Assembly: GCA_964461925.1 (NCBI GenBank)
Contig: CAYWWL010000002.1
Location: 1 to 25,867 of the forward strand
Length of the DNA stretch: 25,867 nt
DNA from: an uncultured Caulobacterales bacterium
Lineage (GTDB): Bacteria; Pseudomonadota; Alphaproteobacteria; Caulobacterales; Parvularculaceae
Reading direction: 5' to 3'
The notes below the pieces were generated by a model that ran no database searches, was not told the origin of the DNA, and worked only from the letters and a program-made list of their open reading frames with translations. Made by a program: the position numbers and the translations under genes. This document shows, one piece after another, positions 1 to 8,466 of the stretch (positions are counted from its first letter, which is position 1; every line of letters begins with the position of its first letter).

Positions 1-18
1 GTGACGATACGCCCCACG

Positions 19-1449
19 TTATGCAGCTCCGTTTCCAATGGGCCCTATTGACCTAGAAACTACTATTTCGCGGATATCTGCTAAGTTAGCTGGCGCGACT
101 GTCATGCGCTCTTCTCTGTCAAACAGGTCGCGATACCGATCCGGCAATGCCGGCGAAACTCCGCATGCCTTTTCCACAGCGTCGGGAAATTTCGCAGCAT
201 GAGCAGTAGCGAGCGATACGACTTTACCGGTCAATACGCCCTCGGCCCTCAGCTGCGAGGCAACGCAAAGCCCAATGGCCGAATGCGGATCGATTGTCTC
301 GCCAAATCGCTGGTAGTGATCGGCGATCATGTTCGACACTTCAGTTTCCGTCACTCGTCCGGACACGAAATCATCTTGAATATTTTTCATGAGATCTTCA
401 GGAATCGACATGCGCCTGAATTCCGAAAACGTCGCCATCAGTTCCACGATACGATCTGAATCTCGTCCGCTAGCCTCAAACAGCAGTCGTTCGAAATTAG
501 ACGCCACTTGAATATCCATCGACGGTGATGACGTCGGCGTCACGTTTGACGTTTCATATTCGCCCGTGGCGATGACCCGGTGCATGATGTCGTTTACATT
601 CACAGCAACAGCGAGTTTGTCGATGGGCAATCCCATCCTTTTGGCCACATAGCCTGCGAATATGTCTCCGAAATTCCCAGTAGGAACGACATAAGACGCC
701 CGGCCAATCTTTAACGCCGTCACGAAGTAGTAGACAGTTTGAATTGCGAGCCGCACCCAATTGATCGAATTCACGCCGCTTAGGTCGCATACGGCATTCA
801 GCTCCTCGTCAAGGAAAAGCTCCTTTACGATCTGTTGGCAATCATCAAAATTTCCGTCCACTGCAATATTGTGAATATTGGCGGCTGGATTGACCGTCAT
901 GATTCGGCGCTGAACGTCGGAGATGCGGCCTCTAGGATGAAGCATGAAAACGTTGACGCCCGGCGCATCGGCGAACGCGGCGATGGCTGCGCCACCAGTG
1001 TCGCCGGAAGTCGCACCGATGATTGTTTTCGGCGCGCTCTTCTCAAGACGCTTTAAGGAGCGACTAAATAGTTGTCCCAAAAACTGCATGGCGACGTCCT
1101 TGAACGCCAAGGTTGGGCCATGGAAAAGTTCGAGATAGTAATTGTCCCCGCCGAGGTCCGTTAGCGGCGTTACATCGCCATGGTCGAAACTTGCAAAAGC
1201 CTTCTCGGCCAAAGGCTGCAATTCAGCGATCATCTGATCGAGGTCGCCCCCTGGAGACACAACGAAACGAGAAAGCACAGCAGCCGCGATCTCGGAGAAA
1301 GTCCGCCCGGATAGGGCCTCAATCTCGGTCTCGGACATCGTCGGCCAGACGGAAGGCACATAGAGACCACCGTCAGGCGCCAACCCCGCCAAAACGGCGC
1401 TATCAAAGTCAATCTGCGCGGCTCCGCCGCGCGTCGAAATATATTTCAT
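19..1449 (-). CDS. thrC: Threonine synthase
   Basis: N-terminal MKYISTRG...GLAPDGGLYVP, PLP-lysine motif HGPTLAFKD, GATSGDTG, SINWVRL, VPTGNFGD, SPSMDIQVASNFERL, TAHAAKF; 476 aa. Confidence 0.97.
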   Translation of the reverse strand: MKYISTRGGAAQIDFDSAVLAGLAPDGGLYVPSVWPTMSETEIEALSGRTFSEIAAAVLSRFVVSPGGDLDQMIAELQPLAEKAFASFDHGDVTPLTDLGGDNYYLELFHGPTLAFKDVAMQFLGQLFSRSLKRLEKSAPKTIIGATSGDTGGAAIAAFADAPGVNVFMLHPRGRISDVQRRIMTVNPAANIHNIAVDGNFDDCQQIVKELFLDEELNAVCDLSGVNSINWVRLAIQTVYYFVTALKIGRASYVVPTGNFGDIFAGYVAKRMGLPIDKLAVAVNVNDIMHRVIATGEYETSNVTPTSSPSMDIQVASNFERLLFEASGRDSDRIVELMATFSEFRRMSIPEDLMKNIQDDFVSGRVTETEVSNMIADHYQRFGETIDPHSAIGLCVASQLRAEGVLTGKVVSLATAHAAKFPDAVEKACGVSPALPDRYRDLFDREERMTVAPANLADIREIVVSRSIGPIGNGAA

Positions 1450-1460
1450 TCGAGGTAATT

Positions 1461-2519
1461 CTACCTAGCCGCGTCGCAAATCAAGAACTTGTCGTCAGCT
1501 AATGCGCCAACGACGATCTTGGTGCCAATTTTATCAGCAACCGTCGCCGCCGAAAGCTCTTCACCTGATGACTCAAATATTGGTTTCGTCCCGTTGATTT
1601 TTAGGGAATTTGCCCGCGCGTCATACTCGAGAATTTGCGATGGTGAAATCGCGTTGTTCGATCGAATATGCCGAGAGATTGACAAGGGCTTCGGATTTGC
1701 CGCGATAAGCAAATGGCCGCTTGGCGAAAAATTCAAATTGTCGACACCGCCCGGCAGGGACACAGTATCTTCAAGAGAAAGAATTCCCGTCCTTTGATCC
1801 CGGCGATAAGATTTCAACGCCATCCCAGACGTTTCGGCGACATATAGAGTTTCGCCATCAGGGCTAAGAAGGACCCCATTCGCATAGCGCAGATCACTGG
1901 CCGCGCGGCGCCAGGCGACGCCGTTAAAATAAAATACCGAGCCTGTGGCGGCACGCCCGATGTATTGGAGCGCGCCCAATAATCCTGACCGGCCGGCGGC
2001 CAAGTCATTAGTAACATAGAATGAACGAGGTCCAGCGGCGGTGACGTCATTGAGACTATTCAAGCGAGCGTCAGAAAATGTCTCCAAATGACGCAAATCG
2101 CCGTTCGTTTCGATATCGAACAATTCGACAGAATTGTTGGCAGCGTTAACGACAAAGAGGCGCTTGTATTCGCCATCATCGTAGAAACTGAGCCCCATCG
2201 GTCGAAACTCTTCTGGGAACCCGCCAGTTCGATCGCGCCAGCCATCCGACGCGAGCAAATCATCCAACTCTACAACATGGATGGCGCCACGATCTGCTCC
2301 CCCTTTGCGGCGATCGTACGATGAGATGAAGACACGGCGTTTTGTCCGGTCGATCTGCAAATCTTCCGGCCCGATAATTCCGGTTACGGGCGTGCATGTG
2401 GAACTAAAGACCGGCTCATAGGCTTTGAAATGGTTGAAGGAATGCAAGACCGCGAGGGAAATCGCAATCGCAAGCGCAATCAATAAGAATAAGAAACGGA
2501 TCATTCCTGCCGGCATCAC
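1461..2519 (-). CDS. Paraoxonase/arylesterase-like six-bladed beta-propeller (SMP-30/strictosidine-synthase-like superfamily) with N-terminal hydrophobic anchor or signal
   Basis: Hydrophobic N-terminal helix, C42...GPEDL, LNDV, FYVTND, YANGV, GVDNL and C-terminal ICD match the paraoxonase motif order; ends 11 nt before thrC. Confidence 0.85.
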   Translation of the reverse strand: MMPAGMIRFLFLLIALAIAISLAVLHSFNHFKAYEPVFSSTCTPVTGIIGPEDLQIDRTKRRVFISSYDRRKGGADRGAIHVVELDDLLASDGWRDRTGGFPEEFRPMGLSFYDDGEYKRLFVVNAANNSVELFDIETNGDLRHLETFSDARLNSLNDVTAAGPRSFYVTNDLAAGRSGLLGALQYIGRAATGSVFYFNGVAWRRAASDLRYANGVLLSPDGETLYVAETSGMALKSYRRDQRTGILSLEDTVSLPGGVDNLNFSPSGHLLIAANPKPLSISRHIRSNNAISPSQILEYDARANSLKINGTKPIFESSGEELSAATVADKIGTKIVVGALADDKFLICDAAR

Positions 2520-2726
2520 GCCATTATCGCGCGAGGCGATACCCCCTTAAACACTACGCAGCTACAATGGAGAGCCAATTGTTGCGCTTGGTCACTTGTG
2601 CGCCGAGCCCCCTTCCACAGCCCGAGTAGATCACAAAATTTGTGACCTGATAACAGCGCACTGGATAGTTTGGTCACTATCACGGACCTTTTTTGCTGTT
2701 TTTTTGGGTGGGACATCCGCCTGCTC

Positions 2727-2755
2727 TTGCATTCAGGCGATACACATTGTACGGC
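2727..2755 (+). promoter_or_regulatory. Putative housekeeping sigma70 promoter of rpmE
   Basis: TTGCAT-N17-TACGGC, about 80 nt upstream of the rpmE ATG. Confidence 0.5.
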
Positions 2756-2834
2756 CCCTGCTTCGTCGGCGACGTGGCGTATTCCGCCCTCGCGACGCCT
2801 ATCGCCAAGTTGACCGCTTAAAGGACTGACAGAG

Positions 2835-3065
2835 ATGAAAAAAGACATTCATCCAGAATACCACGAGATCACGGTCGTGATGACCGATGGCACCAAAGTC
2901 GCCATGCGGTCCACTTATGGCGAGCCTGGCGCCTCATTGGCGCTTGATATCGATCCAAGCACGCACCCCGCTTGGACCGGCGGACCGGCGAAAGCGCTTG
3001 ATCGTGGCCGGGTGTCGAAATTCAATCAGAAATTTGGCGCATTCGGTCTCAAGAAGTCCGGCTAG
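2835..3065 (+). CDS. rpmE: 50S ribosomal protein L31 (no zinc-binding cysteines)
   Basis: [10 protein letters not shown]...[14 protein letters not shown]...[10 protein letters not shown]; AAGGA Shine-Dalgarno upstream; no Cys residues. Confidence 0.96.
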   Translation: MKKDIHPEYHEITVVMTDGTKVAMRSTYGEPGASLALDIDPSTHPAWTGGPAKALDRGRVSKFNQKFGAFGLKKSG

Positions 3066-3088
3066 TCGGACCACTCTGAAATTCGGAT

Positions 3089-3607
3089 TTAGGCGGAAAA
3101 CGCGCTCGCAAGGGCGCGTTGCTGTGCTGCTGCGTCGCCAACAGGCTCGTCGCTTGAGACATCGCCGAAAAGTTCCCCGTCAAGGCGACCAATCCGGTCG
3201 TATAATTGATTTGCCTCGTCGATCAATTCGACCAAGGTGAAAGGGAGCAAGTCGTGATATTCGCTCGGTCGCGCGGCCTCCTTGACCGGTAAACGGTATT
3301 TTTTATCCCACGCTTCGTTCGCCGACATGTCTCCTTCACGCACTGCGCGAAGGACCAACAGCCAAGACGCAATCTGCATCAATTGGGTCGTTAGTCTCAT
3401 CGAAGCGCCGGCGTAAGCGAGGGCGGCATTTTTCGGTAGATCGCGAGACGCTCCGCGCCCGTCCCCGTCCAAGTAATCAGCCGTATCCTCGACCAATGCC
3501 ATTCCCTCTTTGAAGGTTTTGGCGAATAACTCCGAATGGATGAATCCATTCTCCCCGAACACCGATTGGTCGATCTCCGCCTCGCATTGGTCGGTGCTCT
3601 CATTCAT
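3089..3607 (-). CDS. rcdA: RcdA, regulator of CtrA degradation (DUF1465), ClpXP adaptor
   Basis: SELF.KTFKEGMALVEDTADYLDGDGR...YAGASMRLTTQLMQIASWLLVLRAVREGDMS signature; convergent with rpmE as is typical in alphaproteobacteria. Confidence 0.9.
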   Translation of the reverse strand: MNESTDQCEAEIDQSVFGENGFIHSELFAKTFKEGMALVEDTADYLDGDGRGASRDLPKNAALAYAGASMRLTTQLMQIASWLLVLRAVREGDMSANEAWDKKYRLPVKEAARPSEYHDLLPFTLVELIDEANQLYDRIGRLDGELFGDVSSDEPVGDAAAQQRALASAFSA

Positions 3608-3795
3608 CCCACGAATCCCCTAGACGTCATTGTTAATTGTGCGCCGCCCCATTTCGCAGGACGGTAAATGCCCTCAGACTTAGAAAGCAAGTCATGACGG
3701 GCCAATTCGCGTCATTTGAAACTCTCTGCCGAGAATGACCAGGTACACAGCAACCCATGTGCCAACCTAGTTTCATGGCGCCCAGCGCCGGCTTT

Positions 3796-3990
3796 TTACG
3801 ACTTGAACAATTGTTCCGCCGCATTTCGGGTCGCATCCCGGGACTTAATCGCGTCTCTGCACCGTTTTATTTCGCTTTCCATGGCGCTGATACGCTCATG
3901 TAGGTCTGAGACGGACATCTCTGAAATGTCCTGTTTCTGTAACCCTGCAAGCGTGAGATCCGGTTTCTCGATCAATGGGCCATCGTCCAT
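3796..3990 (-). CDS. DUF1192 family small coiled-coil protein
   Basis: DISEMSVSDLHERISAMESEIKRCRDAIKSRDATRNAAEQLFKS pattern; GAGGA Shine-Dalgarno; conserved position between rcdA and a quinone oxidoreductase. Confidence 0.85.
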   Translation of the reverse strand: MDDGPLIEKPDLTLAGLQKQDISEMSVSDLHERISAMESEIKRCRDAIKSRDATRNAAEQLFKS

Positions 3991-4100
3991 GGAAGCGTTC
4001 CTCTTGCAAATCGGCGCCGACCGAGTACGGCTTTCCTAAGCCGCGCTCAATACTGGGTGTCACCGTCAATGGCTGAGCCAGCGCTTAGATAGGATAAACC

Positions 4101-5093
4101 ATGACAAGCCACGAGACTATGCAAGCGGTTGAAATCAGCCAACCAGGCGCTGCGGACGTGCTGAAATTGTGCACAAGGCCAATTCCAGTTCCAAAAGCGA
4201 ACGAAGTTCTTATTCGGGTCATCGCCGCGGGTGTTAACCGGCCGGATGTCCTGCAACGTATGGGGCTATATCCGCCGCCCGACGGTGCAAGCGACCTGCC
4301 TGGACTCGAAGTCTCCGGCGAGGTTGTCGCCATCGGCGATGCCGTAACCGGCCTTGAAGCAGGCAATCGCGTTTGCGCTCTTCTTCCTGGAGGCGGCTAT
4401 GCGCAATACGCGGTCGTCGATGCAGGCGCATGCCTTCCCTGCCCACCGGGCGTCGCTCTTGAAGACGCCGCTGCTCTGCCGGAAACCGTATTTACAGTCT
4501 GGGCCAACGTTTTCGATTCTGGAAAATTGACGGCAGGCGAGACCATGTTGGTTCATGGCGGGACGAGCGGCATTGGCGTCACTGCAATAGGCATGGCGAA
4601 AGCTGCTGGAGCGACGGTCGTCGCCACGGCGTCCTCCGATGATAAATGCGCCGAAATTCTTCAGCTTGGAGCTGACAAAGCGTATCGATATGACCTTGAC
4701 GGCTGGGAAACCAGCATTGCGGCTGATGGCGGCGCCGATCTCGTCCTTGATATGACCGGCGGTGACTTCGTCCAACGCAATCTCCACGCGCTCAATCCCG
4801 GCGGTTGCCACATTTCCATCGCCTTTCTTCGCGGCGCAGCGGCGACGGTGAACATTATGAGCATCATGGCCAAACGCTTGTCGTTGTCGGGCTCCACCAT
4901 GAAGAGCAGGGACGCAGAGGAGAAGGCCCGCCTGGCAGATGACATTCAGCGGGTAGTTTGGCCTTGGTTTGGAGCCGGTAAGATCAGCCCCATCATCGAC
5001 AAGCGGTTTCCCTTGGCCGAAGCCAGCGCAGCGCACCTGCGAATGGAATCCGGGAAACACGTCGGAAAAATCATCCTCGATATGCCCGATTAG
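4101..5093 (+). CDS. NAD(P)H-quinone oxidoreductase, PIG3/zeta-crystallin family (MDR)
   Basis: GVNRPDVLQRMGLYPPP, PGLEVSGEV, GGGYAQY, HGGTSGIG, HVGKIIL; AGGA Shine-Dalgarno. Confidence 0.92.
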   Translation: MTSHETMQAVEISQPGAADVLKLCTRPIPVPKANEVLIRVIAAGVNRPDVLQRMGLYPPPDGASDLPGLEVSGEVVAIGDAVTGLEAGNRVCALLPGGGYAQYAVVDAGACLPCPPGVALEDAAALPETVFTVWANVFDSGKLTAGETMLVHGGTSGIGVTAIGMAKAAGATVVATASSDDKCAEILQLGADKAYRYDLDGWETSIAADGGADLVLDMTGGDFVQRNLHALNPGGCHISIAFLRGAAATVNIMSIMAKRLSLSGSTMKSRDAEEKARLADDIQRVVWPWFGAGKISPIIDKRFPLAEASAAHLRMESGKHVGKIILDMPD

Positions 5094-5134
5094 CGCGCAA
5101 AAGACTGAAATTACGAAAAAAACCGCGGATTTAC

Positions 5135-5163
5135 TTGGCTCGAGGCGCAATGCGCCCTATATC
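5135..5163 (+). promoter_or_regulatory. Putative sigma70 promoter of trcR
   Basis: TTGGCT-N17-TATATC, about 95 nt upstream of the ATG at 5260. Confidence 0.5.
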
Positions 5164-5259
5164 CATCCGAGATCGCAGCGGCGTTCCATTCCCTTGAACG
5201 TAAAAGCCACCTCTGACGTTGCTTCCAGCGACGGCGGACCAGAATGGCCTGGAGACTAT

Positions 5260-5955
5260 ATGACCGATAAACCATTGATGCCGATCGCAACTGCCGTCTG
5301 GCTTATCGACAATACTTCACTCACTTTCGACCAGATTGCTGATTTCTGCGTCCTGCACCCGCTTCAGGTCAAAGGCATCGCCGATGGAGATGTTGCCGCT
5401 GGCGTTCGCGGAATCGACCCCATCACCAATAATCAATTGACTCGGGAAGAACTTGACCGGGCGCAGGAAGATGACAGTTATCGTATGAAGCTGTCGCGTC
5501 CGAAGAACGCTATCGCTGCTGAACAGCCTCGCAAAGGGCCACGCTACACGCCAGTGTCAAAACGTCAGAATCGTCCTGACGCAATCGCTTGGATTGTGCG
5601 GAATCACCCTGAAATTTCAGACGGCCAGATTGGAAAATTGCTGGGTACGACGAAATCGACGATTCAAGCGGTGCGTGATCGGACTCATTGGAATTCCGCG
5701 AATATCACGCCGCAAGATCCGGTCGGTCTTGGTCTATGCTCACAATTAGAACTCGACGCCGTCGTCCGGAAAGCCGCGGCGAAAGCCGCCAAAAACGCGC
5801 CCCTCGACACCAGCGAATCGATCAAACCGATCGCCGAACCAGAACCAACGCCAATCGAGGAAGACGCTGACCGACCTGCGCCGGCCTTGGATGCGGAAAC
5901 TGTCTTCGCCAACCTCGGCGGCGCGTCGACCCCTTCGAGCTCAGAAGAACACTGA
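5260..5955 (+). CDS. trcR: DUF1013 family RNA-polymerase-associated cell-cycle regulator TrcR
   Basis: PLMPIATAVWLIDNTSLTFDQIADFC, GIDPITNNQLT, GPRYTPVSKRQNRPDAI, IGKLLGTTKSTIQAVRDRTHWN; GGAG Shine-Dalgarno before ATG 5260 (the track start at 4969 overlaps the upstream gene). Confidence 0.9.
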   Translation: MTDKPLMPIATAVWLIDNTSLTFDQIADFCVLHPLQVKGIADGDVAAGVRGIDPITNNQLTREELDRAQEDDSYRMKLSRPKNAIAAEQPRKGPRYTPVSKRQNRPDAIAWIVRNHPEISDGQIGKLLGTTKSTIQAVRDRTHWNSANITPQDPVGLGLCSQLELDAVVRKAAAKAAKNAPLDTSESIKPIAEPEPTPIEEDADRPAPALDAETVFANLGGASTPSSSEEH

Positions 5956-5984
5956 GACGAGCCTCGAGCGACCAAAGTCGGGTT

Positions 5985-6761
5985 TCAGCCAACAGCGTCC
6001 GTTAAACGCGATAAACGGGTCAGTCCGCCGCCATCAATCTTGACAGTCTGCCCTGTCAAGAAAGACGCAGCGTCGGACGTCATAAAAGCAGCCGCCTCTC
6101 CCACATCGTCGGCATCGCCGACACGGCCAAGCGGCGAAATCTTTTGAATCGCCTTTAATTGCTCCGAAGAGTAGAGCCCCCCCATGGCCGCCCCGACCGC
6201 AATGGTGTTCGCGCGGCCCCCGAATTCTGCTATCTCCAGCGCAAGGGCGCGCGTCATTTCAGTGATTGCGCCCTCAATGGCGGCCATTACCGGTCGCGCC
6301 GTCACTGACGCATTCGCCGACGTGATGTTGACGATTGACGGGGACTTATTGTCAGTTGGCGCGGCATTCTCTCGCTGTCGTGCGAATTGTTTCGCCACCG
6401 CCTGATTGATAAGATTCGTCCCGTAGACGGATGACTTAAACAGAGGCTCGAATTCATCCTCCTCTGAGTCGCCTTCAGCTGACGGCGCAGCCGGGATTGC
6501 GTTGTGGATTAGCGCGGAGACGTGACCGAAAGATTCCAGCGCCTCGGCGAGCACATTGTGTACGTCAAGCTTGTTCGCCGCATCCGCATGCAAAAATATC
6601 ACGTCTTCGCTCTTGCTCGACAATCCTTCGGCGATCGCGCGTCCTTGGTCCTCGTGCGGGTCGCTCAAGATCAAACGACGTCCCGCGTCAGCGCATATCC
6701 GCGCGCATGCCTCGCCAATTGGCGACGTGATGTTGGTTATGATTGTTGGTGTCGACGCCAT
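5985..6761 (-). CDS. SDR-fold protein with degenerate cofactor and catalytic motifs (probable pseudo-enzyme)
   Basis: SDR architecture (IVNITS, TRALALEI, RANTIAVG, PLGRVG, ASFLTGQTVKIDGG), but TGxxxGIG reads TNITSPIG and YxxxK reads MAAIE. Confidence 0.85.
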   Translation of the reverse strand: MASTPTIITNITSPIGEACARICADAGRRLILSDPHEDQGRAIAEGLSSKSEDVIFLHADAANKLDVHNVLAEALESFGHVSALIHNAIPAAPSAEGDSEEDEFEPLFKSSVYGTNLINQAVAKQFARQRENAAPTDNKSPSIVNITSANASVTARPVMAAIEGAITEMTRALALEIAEFGGRANTIAVGAAMGGLYSSEQLKAIQKISPLGRVGDADDVGEAAAFMTSDAASFLTGQTVKIDGGGLTRLSRLTDAVG

Positions 6762-6881
6762 ATTGGCTTCCCGAGAAGTTCTTCGTTAGTGCGACGCTCG
6801 CTTTAATAAGCTGAGAGCCTCGTGAGCAAGTAGGGATCGAATGTCAATCGGACCCGTTTCAGTAGGATTTTCTTATTGAGC

Positions 6882-6921
6882 AAAAACGCCCTCCGCAGCA
6901 AAGCGAAGGGCGTCCAAAAAC
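6882..6921 (-). terminator. Probable Rho-independent terminator after the first DUF465 gene
   Basis: Imperfect stem ACGCCCT.CGC / GCG.AGGGCGT flanked by A5 runs on the + strand, giving a U tract on the - strand. Confidence 0.55.
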
Positions 6922-6935
6922 AGATATTGGCGGCG

Positions 6936-7118
6936 TTATTCTTCGGGCCTCGATTGTCGATTTATGGCGGCTATTTGGTCCTTCAATCGAAGTTTCCGGC
7001 GTTTCAACTCATGGGCTTTAAACTCATCTACGCAGGACTGTTTTAGTTCTTGTGCCAAGGCTGCGTCCAATTCCCGATGTTGCCGGTTCAAAGATTGCAA
7101 GTGAGCGTCAAGCGCCAT
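6936..7118 (-). CDS. DUF465 (YdcH-like) small coiled-coil protein, copy 1
   Basis: MALDAHLQSLNRQHRELD...ELKRRKLRLKDQI; GGAGG Shine-Dalgarno before ATG 7118. Confidence 0.88.
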   Translation of the reverse strand: MALDAHLQSLNRQHRELDAALAQELKQSCVDEFKAHELKRRKLRLKDQIAAINRQSRPEE

Positions 7119-7251
7119 AATGAAGCCTCCTTTGGTTGTCAGCAAAGTAGACCACGATCGCGGCAATGAGTCGACTACCTGCTGGGGAATCCTGTGATAG
7201 GATTAAAACCCTATTCAAGGCCTAATCAGCGAGGTTAAGGGATTCTAGCAA

Positions 7252-7857
7252 GTGACTGAAAAAGAAGGCAAAAATATCTCGAAAATAATTGTCGGCGTGA
7301 CCGGAGCGTCTGGTGTGGCGTATGGTCAGAAATGCCTCGAAACCCTTAAAATGCTTGGCGTCGAGACCCATTTGATCATGACCAAGGCGGCTGAGATGAC
7401 CGTCAACTATGAGTTGCCAATAAAGGCCAGCGCCTTTGCTGAACTCGCCGACTACAAATACTCAATCAATGATGTCGGAGCCTCCATTGCGTCCGGCTCT
7501 TTTCCGACACTGGGCATGATTGTCGCCCCGTGCTCGATTAAGACAATGTCGGAAATCGCCACCGGCGTAACCAGCAATCTTCTGACCCGCGCAGCTGACG
7601 TGATATTGAAGGAACGCCGACGCCTAGTGTTAATGGTGCGCGAGACGCCTTTTCATCTTGGCCATCTACGCACGATGACCGCACTGACGGAAATGGGCGC
7701 CATTGTCGCGCCGCCATTGCCCGCATTCTACGCCGAACCGCAGTCGGTTGACGACATCATTACTCAATCCGTAAACAGAACGCTTGACCTGTTCGAACTT
7801 GACTCTCCAACGACAAAGCGGTGGGGATTGGATCTCGAGAAAGGTGCGCGCCATTGA
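7252..7857 (+). CDS. ubiX: Flavin prenyltransferase UbiX
   Basis: IIVGVTGASG, ASIASGS, APCSIKT, NLLTRAADVILKERRRLVLMVRETP, PAFY; GTG start with GAGG upstream. Confidence 0.95.
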   Translation: MTEKEGKNISKIIVGVTGASGVAYGQKCLETLKMLGVETHLIMTKAAEMTVNYELPIKASAFAELADYKYSINDVGASIASGSFPTLGMIVAPCSIKTMSEIATGVTSNLLTRAADVILKERRRLVLMVRETPFHLGHLRTMTALTEMGAIVAPPLPAFYAEPQSVDDIITQSVNRTLDLFELDSPTTKRWGLDLEKGARH

Positions 7858-8429
7858 ATGACCTACCGAACTTGGTCGAGGCGTTTTGGAATTGGTCCTT
7901 CGAAACTTATGAGATCGAAGGCGTGGCTGGCGAACTCATCCAGTGCCAAGATCGATACCGAACAAACGTCAATCTGATTTTGTATAGCCTATGGCGCGTG
8001 TGCTTCGACGACCAAATTGATCAGCAGCGCTTCTCCAAAATCCAATCGAGCCTTGCTTCCTTTAATAGCGAAGTGACGTCGCCTCTTCGCGACGCACGGC
8101 GCGCCGTGGGCGCGCATCAAGACGCAACGCCCGATGAACGAGCAGGTCTGAAGGCGTCGATTCTGTCAATTGAGCTGGTTGCCGAGCGGGTGGAACAACG
8201 TCTCATTCTCGCCGCCGATCAAAGCGCCATTCTAGATCCAATTGCTATGCGCGCCGGTTCCCCTACTGATTCCGCCGGGGCGCGAATCACAACCGCCCGT
8301 GGCAATGTGACGGCATACTTTGCCAGTATTGGCCAATCATCGAAAGACGACCGCGGGCCGTCAATCGACCGTCTAATCATAAAAATCGCCGAGGCTGAAC
8401 GATTTTCGAGATATTTTACAGCCTGCTAG
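7854..8429 (+). CDS. TIGR02444 (DUF2390) family protein
   Basis: FWNWSFETY..GVAGELIQCQD...NVNLILYSLW...PLRDARR...ELVAERVEQ pattern; probable TTG start overlapping the ubiX stop (TTGA). Confidence 0.8.
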   Translation: MNDLPNLVEAFWNWSFETYEIEGVAGELIQCQDRYRTNVNLILYSLWRVCFDDQIDQQRFSKIQSSLASFNSEVTSPLRDARRAVGAHQDATPDERAGLKASILSIELVAERVEQRLILAADQSAILDPIAMRAGSPTDSAGARITTARGNVTAYFASIGQSSKDDRGPSIDRLIIKIAEAERFSRYFTAC

Positions 8430-8466
8430 ATTGAATTTTCGGATCAGTTGCGTAACTCAATGCGCC

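Noticed and set aside
4266-5150. 294-aa antisense ORF opposite the quinone oxidoreductase
   Set aside because: Shadow ORF. The sense gene has complete family motifs and this one has none. The same applies to the other short overlapping ORFs in the track.
4969-5259. 97-residue N-terminal extension on TrcR
   Set aside because: It overlaps the upstream gene and the putative promoter. The family N-terminus and a GGAG Shine-Dalgarno point to ATG 5260.
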